Shown here piece after piece: positions 18,997-27,887 of a DNA stretch of 64,000 nucleotides. Source of the DNA: Candidatus Latescibacterota bacterium (GTDB taxonomy: Bacteria > Latescibacterota > UBA2968 > UBA8231); the NCBI GenBank assembly GCA_965203175.1, contig OZ241867.1, positions 3,008,001 through 3,072,000 on the forward strand, written 5' to 3'. The translations under genes were made by a program, and so were the position numbers. The first letter of the stretch is position 1, and the number at the start of each line of letters is the position of its first letter. The notes beneath the pieces are model-generated. The model was not told the origin of the DNA. It saw only the letters and a program-made list of their open reading frames with translations, and searched no databases.

Positions 18997-19692
18997 ATGG
19001 CGTCGAAGGTCGAATATACCCAGGTGCGAAAGTGGCTTCTGGTCGGTGCTCTAGCGGCTGTTGTAGCTGGCTGTGCCACCACCGGAGGCAGCGGAGGTGG
19101 TTATGGTCTGCCGCCCATTCCCGAGGGCAAGGGGCGGCTCATGTTGGAGACGGGAGGGATCAACGAAGTAAATTACTACGTACTCGACGGAGAGACTGGC
19201 GAGGAGGTCCACTCGGAATCGCCGCGCATGGCCGCGAGTTCACCCATAGGATACGAGACGGGCTACCGCTCTCTGCCGCAATTCGTCGATCTAGACCCTG
19301 GCAGCTATACCGTTGTGGTCAATACGGATATCGATGACAGTGTTGAGAAGGAAGTCGATGTCCTGATGGGACAGGAAATGTACGCGACCATACCCATCGG
19401 TCGTTTTCAGGTCATTTTTTCTGACGCACAGGGTCGCAGTCAGGTGCCTTTCCTGATTTTTGACTACAATTTGCGGACTATGCTAGGCCGGGGCATGACC
19501 TCGACAGAGGTGCGATACTTTATCGTGCCGGTGGGCGAGTATAAGGTTCGAATTGAAAATTCCCCCACTGGTTTGGACGAAATCAGGCCCGTACAGGTGA
19601 GCATGGGACAGACCCAAAACATTCTCATCGGCCCGCCGCCTTCGCCGGCACAACCGGGCGAAAGTGGGAGCGAAGGGGCCGCACAGCCTTAG
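18997..19692 (+). CDS. Lipoprotein of unknown function (two beta-sandwich/PEGA-like modules)
   Basis: Lipobox VAGC; LDPGSYTVVV and VPVGEYKVRI motifs. Confidence 0.75.
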   Translation: MASKVEYTQVRKWLLVGALAAVVAGCATTGGSGGGYGLPPIPEGKGRLMLETGGINEVNYYVLDGETGEEVHSESPRMAASSPIGYETGYRSLPQFVDLDPGSYTVVVNTDIDDSVEKEVDVLMGQEMYATIPIGRFQVIFSDAQGRSQVPFLIFDYNLRTMLGRGMTSTEVRYFIVPVGEYKVRIENSPTGLDEIRPVQVSMGQTQNILIGPPPSPAQPGESGSEGAAQP

Positions 19693-19712
19693 GCTTATCG
19701 CGGAGCAATACC

Positions 19713-20618
19713 ATGAAGCGCACAGGACTATGGAGTGGGGTTGCACTCTTGGCCGCGTTGTGGGTATCGGCCAGTGAAGCTGCTACTTCCCCTCTCAAGG
19801 CGACCATTATCGATCGCTATGGCAACCAGCACCAAGTAGATAAGTTCACCTTTCAGGGGCGTCAGGATTTGGAAATCTACTTCCAAGGGCAGCGTCGTTT
19901 GGTGAAACTAGTCAAGGTGGCTCGGTTGCGCTTTGAAGGGGAACGCAGCGACGAGGAACAGCGCGTCGTGCTCGTATTCCGGAATGGCGTCCAAGAAGCG
20001 GGTTTGATGGTGACGGGAGGCTCTTCTTCGCCCCACCAGGATGCCGTCGGTGGTGGAAGCAGCGGGCGTCGCTTTGCTGGGGTGACCGAGTTGGGGCCTT
20101 TCTTCATCCTCGCCAGCGATGTGCAAGAGATTGTCTTGCGCCATCCCGTCGGCGAGGAGCCGCCGGCAGAAAAAATCCTCAAGGCCACGATCATCACGAC
20201 AAACGGCAGACGCTTTGAGGTGGAAGATTTGCGCTCTCACGGCAAGAAGCGGCTCGACTTTTTCAAGGGACGCAACAAGCGCTTTATCCCTTTAGATAAA
20301 GTGGCGCGAATCGACTTTGAAGACAGCGGGACGGGCGATGAGTTCAGGCCGATAACGGCTACCTATTGGTCGGGGAAAACCGTTATGGGCACGGTCGAGG
20401 CGAGCCTAGTTCGCCTTTCGGGCGAGACCGACAAGAGCTATTTCGAGCGCGTCAACCAAGCCTTTACAGGCGTCGTGGGCTCAAGTCCGTTTGCGATTGG
20501 TATGCACGACATAAAGCACATTCGCTTTCGGAAGGATAGTGATGAAGAGAGAGCTGACGATAAGGCCGAAGACAGCACCGACGACAGTGATAGCAACGGT
20601 GCCGGAGATTCTCAATAA
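19713..20618 (+). CDS. Secreted protein with internal two-fold domain duplication
   Basis: Signal peptide; LKATIIDRYG...VARLRFE repeated as LKATIITTNG...VARIDFE. Confidence 0.75.
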   Translation: MKRTGLWSGVALLAALWVSASEAATSPLKATIIDRYGNQHQVDKFTFQGRQDLEIYFQGQRRLVKLVKVARLRFEGERSDEEQRVVLVFRNGVQEAGLMVTGGSSSPHQDAVGGGSSGRRFAGVTELGPFFILASDVQEIVLRHPVGEEPPAEKILKATIITTNGRRFEVEDLRSHGKKRLDFFKGRNKRFIPLDKVARIDFEDSGTGDEFRPITATYWSGKTVMGTVEASLVRLSGETDKSYFERVNQAFTGVVGSSPFAIGMHDIKHIRFRKDSDEERADDKAEDSTDDSDSNGAGDSQ

Positions 20619-20701
20619 GTAAATGGCCTCACTCCCCTCTCGATAAATTTCTTATCGGGCGCATGGCCAACAGGCCAGTCTCATGCAAGAATGTAAAATA
20701 C

Positions 20702-20730
20702 TTGCAGACCAGGGGAGATTTCTCTATATT
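20702..20730 (+). promoter_or_regulatory. Sigma70-type promoter
   Basis: TTGCAG-N17-TATATT upstream of a structured leader and gene 20906. Confidence 0.6.
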
Positions 20731-20743
20731 GCCTCGACTACAA

Positions 20744-20885
20744 GCCCTCTGCAGCAGTTCCGACTGGTCAGGAAAGAGTCGGAGCGGTTGCTAGTGGGCG
20801 TAATTTTTCACAGGGAAGACAGACCTACGGTAGATCGTAGCCGAAAAGGTCGCCGTCCCAAACCACCACTCTCCCAATAGGGAGT
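20744..20885 (+). other. Structured 5' leader (three stem-loops), possible cis-regulatory RNA
   Basis: GCCC..GCAGC.GTTCCGACT pairs with AGTCGGAGC.GTTGC..GGGC (20744-20799); GGGA..GACCT..CTACG/CGTAG..AGGTC..TCCC (20813-20859); ACTC.CCC/GGGAGT beside the RBS. Confidence 0.5.
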
Positions 20886-20905
20886 ATGAGAAGGAGTCGT
20901 AGCTT

Positions 20906-21808
20906 ATGAAACGTCTATATGGCCTCCTCGCTATGGGCCTAATAGTGGGCCTGACGAGCGGTGCCAGTGCGCATATTGGCGAACAGGTTTACCTGCTCTT
21001 TGAGATCTCTGAGGCCGATCTGGCTGACATTGACTTGCGCGATGCCGATATAGCCGACTGGGAAGATGTCGTTGGTGATGCTTCGCTGATCACCACTGAC
21101 TTTTTTCAGGATCCGACTGTGGGCGACGGTGCCCAGTACGATCCGGCGGATCTAGACTATCGCATCTGGCTAGGCTGGAACGGCAATCTCGGCACCATGT
21201 GGATGGCTATGGAGCGCATCGACAACGTGTACATTAACGAGTACGCTGGCGGTGACTTAGGTAGCTTGTGGAGGCAAGATGCCATTGAGTTCATGCTTGA
21301 TGGCGACCACACTGGTGGCGATTACACTGGTTCGGCTGATGAGAACTGGACCGACGAAGAGAAAGACCTGAATAACAACCGCACGGCTCAGCAGTACGTG
21401 GCTATCGGTGATACTCCTGATGGCCGCCACGTCGGCTATCTGGGCAAAGGCACCGAGTGGGTCAATGCACTGCCCTATGCTGACGGCGGTGGAGGGTCAA
21501 CCGGCGATGGCCCGACGACCACAATCATTGAGTTCTTCGTCACGCCTTTCGACGACCTGATCTGGAACAGCCCGGACGATAGCGTAGCTTCGGAGCTGGT
21601 CGATGGCAAGATCATTGGTTTCCAGATTTCGGCTCAGGACATGGATGAGGGGCCGAGTGACTACCGCGCTTTTCACACCTTGTCTGGTCAGGCCGCGACT
21701 TGGCGCTTTGCCGAGCGCTTCGTCGATGGTCGCTTGGTCGGCGTTGGTGGTGACGGTACGGCGGTCGAAGAAGACTCTTGGGGTCGCATCAAGGCCGCGT
21801 TTGAGTAA
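20906..21808 (+). CDS. Secreted CBM9/DOMON-like sugar-binding-fold protein with C-terminal SWGRIK motif
   Basis: Signal peptide ASA/HIG; DW, LGWN, DAIEFMLDGDHTGG, IEFFVTPFD, IIGFQI; ends TAVEEDSWGRIKAAFE*; very acidic. Confidence 0.75.
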   Translation: MKRLYGLLAMGLIVGLTSGASAHIGEQVYLLFEISEADLADIDLRDADIADWEDVVGDASLITTDFFQDPTVGDGAQYDPADLDYRIWLGWNGNLGTMWMAMERIDNVYINEYAGGDLGSLWRQDAIEFMLDGDHTGGDYTGSADENWTDEEKDLNNNRTAQQYVAIGDTPDGRHVGYLGKGTEWVNALPYADGGGGSTGDGPTTTIIEFFVTPFDDLIWNSPDDSVASELVDGKIIGFQISAQDMDEGPSDYRAFHTLSGQAATWRFAERFVDGRLVGVGGDGTAVEEDSWGRIKAAFE

Positions 21809-21833
21809 CAGTAGCGTCCTGCTGTTTTCCTAA

Positions 21834-21873
21834 ATTTTAAGGAGAGGGGGAATATTCCTCCTCTCCTTAAAAT
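21834..21873. terminator. Strong stem-loop (terminator or mRNA-stabilising hairpin)
   Basis: ATTTTAAGGAGAGGGGGAA..TTCCTCCTCTCCTTAAAAT near-perfect inverted repeat just after the stop at 21808. Confidence 0.75.
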
Positions 21874-21986
21874 CATCTTATGGCTATCGCATAGCTTGGG
21901 TAGCACCTTCCTCGCGTCATAATACCTCGCTCCTAGTTGCCCATGTGAAAACCTAGGCAGCGCAAATTCTACCGGGGAGTAACGGA

Positions 21987-24464
21987 ATGAGAATTGGGAT
22001 TTGTGTCGCCGTGCTGGTTTTGACAGGTTGGGTCGTAAATGCTGTTGCGGAGTTGCGTCTGTTCGCCATTCCGGGCAACACAACTTGGGCCGATGCTAAG
22101 CAGGGGCCGCTTTCAGAGAGTCGCTTCATTGAAGTAATCGACTTTGAAAGCTATGAGAATGGCATTGGACCCATCACGCCAACGCGCGTAGTGCCCGTTC
22201 CCGAAATTCCTCTCACCGCCGCCGAAGTGGACGCGGCAATCGATTCCAGCCTCTTTGCCTTCTCGCTTAATGTAACTAGAGCCGATGTAGTAGCACCGAC
22301 TGATATCGAACTCGAAGATGGTGAGATCGTAAAGGCGGGTACGGTCTTGATTCCTCGTTGGAATCCCTTTCCGCGTAACCTAGAGGCCGTCCAGTTATTG
22401 CGTCGGGCTGGCATCAGCGAGATTGAGGCCATGATTAATGTGGCCGAATCCTTTCCCCGCCCTCCCAGCGGTGACAAGTACAACAAGGGGCTCAACCTCA
22501 CGCCTCACGGCATTTTTGAAAGGGCTTTGACTGACCAGCGACTCCAGGAGGGCCTCTGGCACGTTTTCGATGGCGATCCACAGACCCATTTCGAGCGCAT
22601 CGACCGAGTTGGGCAGGACGTCAAACAGCAATGGAGCCTCTATATCGACTTGGGACGCTACTTTCCAGTTCGCTTGTTTCGCCTCTATCCCAGTCTTGAA
22701 GAGCCCTCGCGCGTTTCCGCGTATACCTTCTCTAGGGGGCTGCCTGGGACTGAGAAGGTAATCGCCGGTCTTAGTCTCGACGATCCGAGTGTTGGGCAGT
22801 TGGCATTCCCTAGGTTCAATAAGATAGCTTCGACTTTTCCGACCTTCGTTCTCGAGGCGAGCGCACCGGTCAATGTGGAAGACACCATTGCCGTGGCCTT
22901 TGAGCCGCAGGCCTACATGCGCTATGCGCGCTTTGAGTTTCAGACTCCACTGGATTACGATTTAGCTGAAATGGAGTTTTTAGCCGACGGTTTTGTGCCT
23001 GAAGCGATTTATACTTCCAACGCACTACCGCTGCCCCCAGCGACCTTGGGGCGGATCTTCTGGGACGAGCGAAAAATTGGCGATCCCACCAGATCGCGCG
23101 CTATCGTGCGCGTACAGACAGGCGTTAATACCGAGACGGAGGTCCTTTTTCGCGTCAACAAATTCGAGCGCTCGGTGGAGTGGAAAGAGGAAGGGGCGAT
23201 CATCACCGACCAACGGCTTGGCTCTAAGACCTTCGGCCAGGAAGTGGACCTAAACGATGAGGCTTTCAATCTGGAGGCCCGTGAGATTTTCAGTGCTGCC
23301 TTGTCCGAGGACCGAGCGCGAGTCCGCCTGACCCGCGACGAGTACAAGAAGCTGCCGGGCAATGAGCGGCGTCACGTCGAACCCGATCTCGAGTTTTGGA
23401 GCGGCGTCCAGTTGGCCAACAATGGCCAGTTGATCAATGCGCCGGGTGGTCGGCCCTTCATTCAGATTGAGGTTGAGTTTCTGAGCGAAGAGCCCGAGGC
23501 GGCCACGATTATTAGCAACTTGCGCTTTGAATACTCCGCTCCGCAGATCACAGAGCAGGTCTTCGGCGAGATTGCTCCGGCCGTGGATGTGATTGCTGGC
23601 CGCGACACCACCTTTGTGCTGGTCCTCAATGCTGGGTTAGGGGCTGAGAATAACGGGTTCAACCGCTTGCAGGTTTTCACGCCGGCGCGTGCGGAGGCCA
23701 TTGAGGGGGTGGAGGTGGATCTAGGCGACGGAGAGTTCCTGAACTTGGAACGAGTGGATGGCGACGGCGAGATAGGGGAGGGGCAGTTTCGAGCGTTGTA
23801 CGTTGCCGACGATCAGTTCGTCGTTGGTTTCCCAATCATAGGCCCAGCCGAGGAAGATCAAGTCCGCAACGCATTGGTAAAGGTCCGCTTTCAAGGCCGG
23901 GTCATTGACTTCCGCACCAACTTTGCTGCCAATGTCTTTTTAGACACTTTAGGTGCAGAAGCAGAACGACGCTTTACCAGTAGCGGCATTTTGGCACTCG
24001 GGGGTAATGAGAGTGCGCTCGATACGCTGGCCATTTTCTTGCCACAGCGGGTGGAGGACAATGACGTGGTGGATTTCGCGGCGACGGACCGGCTCTCAGA
24101 TCGCAATTCCCTAGCGGTGATTGCCGATATTTCAGCGCAGAGCGAGAGCCTAGTGACCAATTTCAAGGTCGTGCCCAATCCTTTTACGCCCAATGGCGAC
24201 GACGTCAACGACGAAGTAGTCGTGACTTTTGACGTCCAGCGGCTACTAACGCCGAAGCCTGTGCAGTTGGAGATATTCGATCTGAACGGTCGGCGTCTGC
24301 GCCTCATTGAGCGCCAGCTATCGTCGGGGGGATATTCGCAGCAGTGGGATGGCCGCGACGATGTTGGACAGGTAGTGCCTCCAGGACTATACCTATTGCG
24401 CATTTCGGCCGAAGCCGATCGTGCAGGTGAGGCCCAGACGCGCGTCGTTTCCGTAGCGTATTAG
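21987..24464 (+). CDS. Large secreted protein, discoidin-like domain plus C-terminal FlgD-Ig/T9SS CTD-like domain
   Basis: Signal peptide; FDGDPQT, IDLGRYF; C-terminus PNPFTPNGDDVND...IFDLNGR...WDGRD...PPGLYL...VSVAY*. Confidence 0.8.
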   Translation: MRIGICVAVLVLTGWVVNAVAELRLFAIPGNTTWADAKQGPLSESRFIEVIDFESYENGIGPITPTRVVPVPEIPLTAAEVDAAIDSSLFAFSLNVTRADVVAPTDIELEDGEIVKAGTVLIPRWNPFPRNLEAVQLLRRAGISEIEAMINVAESFPRPPSGDKYNKGLNLTPHGIFERALTDQRLQEGLWHVFDGDPQTHFERIDRVGQDVKQQWSLYIDLGRYFPVRLFRLYPSLEEPSRVSAYTFSRGLPGTEKVIAGLSLDDPSVGQLAFPRFNKIASTFPTFVLEASAPVNVEDTIAVAFEPQAYMRYARFEFQTPLDYDLAEMEFLADGFVPEAIYTSNALPLPPATLGRIFWDERKIGDPTRSRAIVRVQTGVNTETEVLFRVNKFERSVEWKEEGAIITDQRLGSKTFGQEVDLNDEAFNLEAREIFSAALSEDRARVRLTRDEYKKLPGNERRHVEPDLEFWSGVQLANNGQLINAPGGRPFIQIEVEFLSEEPEAATIISNLRFEYSAPQITEQVFGEIAPAVDVIAGRDTTFVLVLNAGLGAENNGFNRLQVFTPARAEAIEGVEVDLGDGEFLNLERVDGDGEIGEGQFRALYVADDQFVVGFPIIGPAEEDQVRNALVKVRFQGRVIDFRTNFAANVFLDTLGAEAERRFTSSGILALGGNESALDTLAIFLPQRVEDNDVVDFAATDRLSDRNSLAVIADISAQSESLVTNFKVVPNPFTPNGDDVNDEVVVTFDVQRLLTPKPVQLEIFDLNGRRLRLIERQLSSGGYSQQWDGRDDVGQVVPPGLYLLRISAEADRAGEAQTRVVSVAY

Positions 24465-24505
24465 CCTTTAGCGAGAACGAAAAACGCGGGAAGAAAGGAA
24501 ATGCT

Positions 24506-27500
24506 ATGAAACGGTTGCTAAAGTGGCAGATGGCTCTCTTCGTCCTACTATCCCTGCCTAGTTTTTGTGTGGCCCAAACGGATGCCTATCGAATTTTCGG
24601 CAGCTCGATCCGCGTAGATAGGGCTTCGCACTGGAGAAACTGGATTTATCAGAACGATCTAGTCACAAATTTAAACGTACCAATCCGCGATGCGGACATT
24701 TTTCAGGTTGAGGCCGATGGGCTGCGGCCGACTTTCTTTCGCCGCAATATCAACGTGGCTCCGACGGCTGTCGATTTCACCTATCCCGATTTGGTCCGCG
24801 CTAACGGCGATCTAGTCTCTGGGGGTGCAACGGCCAAATCCAACGATGCCTTGGCCAATAATATCATTGATGGCGACTTGAATACCTTCTGGGAGCCGGA
24901 CACGCCGGTCAGTTATGCAAGCCGCTTGACCCGCCCTGGAGATTTCAATCCCGACGGTCTGCGCAACTGGGAAATTGAAATCGATCTGGGGCGGCTGGTC
25001 TTTGCCGATAGCCTGACGATCATTTTCCCCGCTGGTCAGTTCGAAGACGAGTTCCTCGGCGAGCCGGTCAAGTCCTTCGTGCTTTTCGCCTCGATGGGTG
25101 AGCGCTTCCCCTTTCCCTTGGGTAACAACCTCAAGTTTTCCGTCATCGGTCAAGTCTCTACCGGCTTTGTCGCCGGCAAATTGGCCCAGTGCGTACGCGA
25201 TGAAAGCGCGGGCTACGCTGGCGAGACCCGCTGTGCAGAAGAGGAAGTAGGTGAGACCGGTGAAGTGACGCTGGTTCCGATGCCTGGGACTGAGGGTCGC
25301 TACGCGCAGATGACCTTCTCGCTCTTGCCGCTGGATCGAGCTGACTGGGACGAGGATGGCCGACCCGATATTAGCGGAGCTTTCATCCATTACGTCCGCA
25401 TTAAAGTTACGGATTCAGACCTCTGGCGCGACGCCTTTTTGGGAACGGGGGAAGAGGCGCGCCTCGCCTATGAAGCATTGCCCCAAGAACAGCGCGGTGC
25501 GATCCTCTATCAGCGCCAGACTGCCGGCGGCCTACTCGTCGATCTTCAAAACGACGATAACCTGACGGCTGAAGAAAAGTATCAAGTTCTGCCCGAGGAA
25601 AAACGCGGTCCGATCCTCTATTATAGCAGGGAGGTTCCCCGGATTGCCGAGGTTCAGGTCTGGGCCAAGGGCGACAACTACGCGCTGCAACCCGAAAGGC
25701 GCGGGGGGGCCTCGTTTGAAAACGGCGGTTTGGGTGCGCCCAATTTGTCCACGGATGGGCTGTACGACTCGGAGTGGGTGGCCAATACATGGTCGCCGGT
25801 ATACCTCAAGGGCACGGCTTGGTACGACTTAGGAGCCGTGTTTTGGGTCGACAATGTCTCAGTGGTCAACAAGCGCATTAACCAGAGTCACAAAGGTGCC
25901 TTTTTGGGACCGGATATTTTGGTTTCCGACGGCACGTTGCTCAAACCCGTGAGTATGAACGATCGCGACGACTTCCCCCAGCTGGAAGAAGCGCTCAAGT
26001 GGGACAACATCATCAGCGAGGAGCACGTCGATAACCGCGATCCGGTAGTGCGCATTTTTCGCGAGACTTTTCCCTACCGCAAGATTCGCTTTCTACAAAT
26101 CCGCGACATTGACGTCACCGGGCAGCAATCCGGTCGCTATGGCGCGCTAGCGACGTTGGGCGAGATTCAGCTTTACGGCGAGGGATATCCAGTCAGCGTG
26201 TGGGCGTACTCGCCACCGATCACGCTGACTGATTCGCGTGGCAATTTCATTCGCAAAACCCTGCCGCGCATCGCTTGGGAAGGCGATGTCATCGTCCACG
26301 AGACCGATCCGCTCACCGGCCAAGCCATCGAACGCATCGAGCCGTTGAATCTTCACCCAGATGTCCGCTTACAGGTACAGACTCGCACTTCGGATCAGAC
26401 TGACACCAATTTCACGTATTACCAAGTCGTGACCGTCGCTGGCAACGAAGAGCGCACGGAAGTGACGAAAGAGGTTTACGACGAGATCGCCTTGGAGTGG
26501 ACGGCCTGGGAGATCTGGCAGACCCTGCCCGCCAGCCAGAAACACGCCTCGCGCACCGACGACGACGGCGACGGTCTGGTGGACGAGGATCGGATTGACC
26601 TGATTGACAACGATGGCGATGGTCTGGTGGACGAGGACGGCAGGAAGCTGCGCCGGGCACCGCGCTCGAGCTTTGCCAAGGACGGCGAACTGGCGTTTGT
26701 CGGCTGGAGCGAGTGGAGCGAGAGCTACCTGCCGACCCATGGCGTCAACGAGGCGACCATCACCTCACCCAACCCGCGCAAGTTCGTTCAGGTGCGGGTC
26801 AATCTCTCTTCAGAAGATCCCTTCAAGACGGCGCGCATCCGCAGTTTGCGCATTGAGTTGGCACCACCGCTGTCGCTTGAACTGGCTGGCGAGTTGGCGC
26901 TCCTCACCGACGAGGGAGTAGCGCGCGTGCCGACCGATTTGGGTGTCCTGGTTTCGGACTACACGCCGCCGCGCAATATCGATCCGCTCGCGCCGCAGCA
27001 GTTTTCTTATTTCATCCGCGCTGCCGCGCCCGACCCGACCGATGCAACGGTGCGCGACGGCTTTAACGAGGTGCTGGTTGTCGCGCCGCGCGATGCGCGC
27101 TTGACCGGTGTGCGCTTGGGGCAGGTCGCCATCGCCCAGACGCCTTCGCTCCTCAACCCGGAGGAAGTGCTGACCTCGGCGACGACTACGAAGTTCGACC
27201 GCGCCTTTGTCCCCGGTGACGACGGGGTCTTGCGCGATGCAGACGGCGCAGTGTTGGAACGCATGGCGACCGGCGCGGATTCGATCTGGGTGCGTTTTCC
27301 CTTTTCGCTCAATGCCGACCTGCCGGCTGGCCAGCATGCCCTCATTGAGGTGCAGTTTGAATCGCAGAGCTTCCGCGAGGGCATTGAATTCGCCTCGTTT
27401 GTGCGCTCTTCAGATTCAGAAGAGGGCCTATTCCAACGGGTGGACACCGCCGATAAGGATGCGACCGAGTTGGTGGATTCTTCGACGGCGCAGGTCAGCT

Positions 27501-27841
27501 TGATGGCGCTGCCGGGGTCTTTGATCCAAGACGTAGTGCTAGCACCGGTCTTTACGCCCAACGGCGATGGGATTAACGATGAACTCTTGGTGCATTTCGT
27601 TTTGTTGAAGGTACAGGAGGAGCGTCCGTTAGACGTTGCATTTTACGATTTGGGAGGACGCTTGGTAGGTCAAGGGCAGGGCTCGGCGGTTGGTGGCAAG
27701 GTAGGGACGCAGGCGTTTGTGTGGGATGGACGGGATATGAATGGTCAGATTGTGCCACCGGGGATCTATCTCTGTCAGATCAAGCTAGAAGCCGACGATC
27801 AAGCCAGCAAATTGACGCGCCTTGTTCACGTAGCTTATTGA
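24506..27841 (+). CDS. Large secreted protein, two discoidin-like domains, Asp-rich repeats and C-terminal FlgD-Ig/T9SS CTD-like domain
   Basis: Signal peptide; IDGDLNTFWEP, IDLGR, YDLGA; D(D/N)DGDGLVDED x2; PVFTPNGDGIND...YDLGGR...WDGRD...PPGIYL...VHVAY*. Confidence 0.8.
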   Translation: MKRLLKWQMALFVLLSLPSFCVAQTDAYRIFGSSIRVDRASHWRNWIYQNDLVTNLNVPIRDADIFQVEADGLRPTFFRRNINVAPTAVDFTYPDLVRANGDLVSGGATAKSNDALANNIIDGDLNTFWEPDTPVSYASRLTRPGDFNPDGLRNWEIEIDLGRLVFADSLTIIFPAGQFEDEFLGEPVKSFVLFASMGERFPFPLGNNLKFSVIGQVSTGFVAGKLAQCVRDESAGYAGETRCAEEEVGETGEVTLVPMPGTEGRYAQMTFSLLPLDRADWDEDGRPDISGAFIHYVRIKVTDSDLWRDAFLGTGEEARLAYEALPQEQRGAILYQRQTAGGLLVDLQNDDNLTAEEKYQVLPEEKRGPILYYSREVPRIAEVQVWAKGDNYALQPERRGGASFENGGLGAPNLSTDGLYDSEWVANTWSPVYLKGTAWYDLGAVFWVDNVSVVNKRINQSHKGAFLGPDILVSDGTLLKPVSMNDRDDFPQLEEALKWDNIISEEHVDNRDPVVRIFRETFPYRKIRFLQIRDIDVTGQQSGRYGALATLGEIQLYGEGYPVSVWAYSPPITLTDSRGNFIRKTLPRIAWEGDVIVHETDPLTGQAIERIEPLNLHPDVRLQVQTRTSDQTDTNFTYYQVVTVAGNEERTEVTKEVYDEIALEWTAWEIWQTLPASQKHASRTDDDGDGLVDEDRIDLIDNDGDGLVDEDGRKLRRAPRSSFAKDGELAFVGWSEWSESYLPTHGVNEATITSPNPRKFVQVRVNLSSEDPFKTARIRSLRIELAPPLSLELAGELALLTDEGVARVPTDLGVLVSDYTPPRNIDPLAPQQFSYFIRAAAPDPTDATVRDGFNEVLVVAPRDARLTGVRLGQVAIAQTPSLLNPEEVLTSATTTKFDRAFVPGDDGVLRDADGAVLERMATGADSIWVRFPFSLNADLPAGQHALIEVQFESQSFREGIEFASFVRSSDSEEGLFQRVDTADKDATELVDSSTAQVSLMALPGSLIQDVVLAPVFTPNGDGINDELLVHFVLLKVQEERPLDVAFYDLGGRLVGQGQGSAVGGKVGTQAFVWDGRDMNGQIVPPGIYLCQIKLEADDQASKLTRLVHVAY

Positions 27842-27887
27842 TAAAGCAGTAGTTCGGACCGGAATTCGACAACAAGGGAGGGTATTT

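Noticed and set aside
20760-20780. GGTCAGGAAAG loop resembling SRP (4.5S) RNA or a c-di-GMP riboswitch
   Set aside because: Lacks the SRP CAGG-x-GGAA-x-AGCAG internal-loop pairing and the GCAAA/GNRA architecture of c-di-GMP-I; kept only as an unassigned structured leader.
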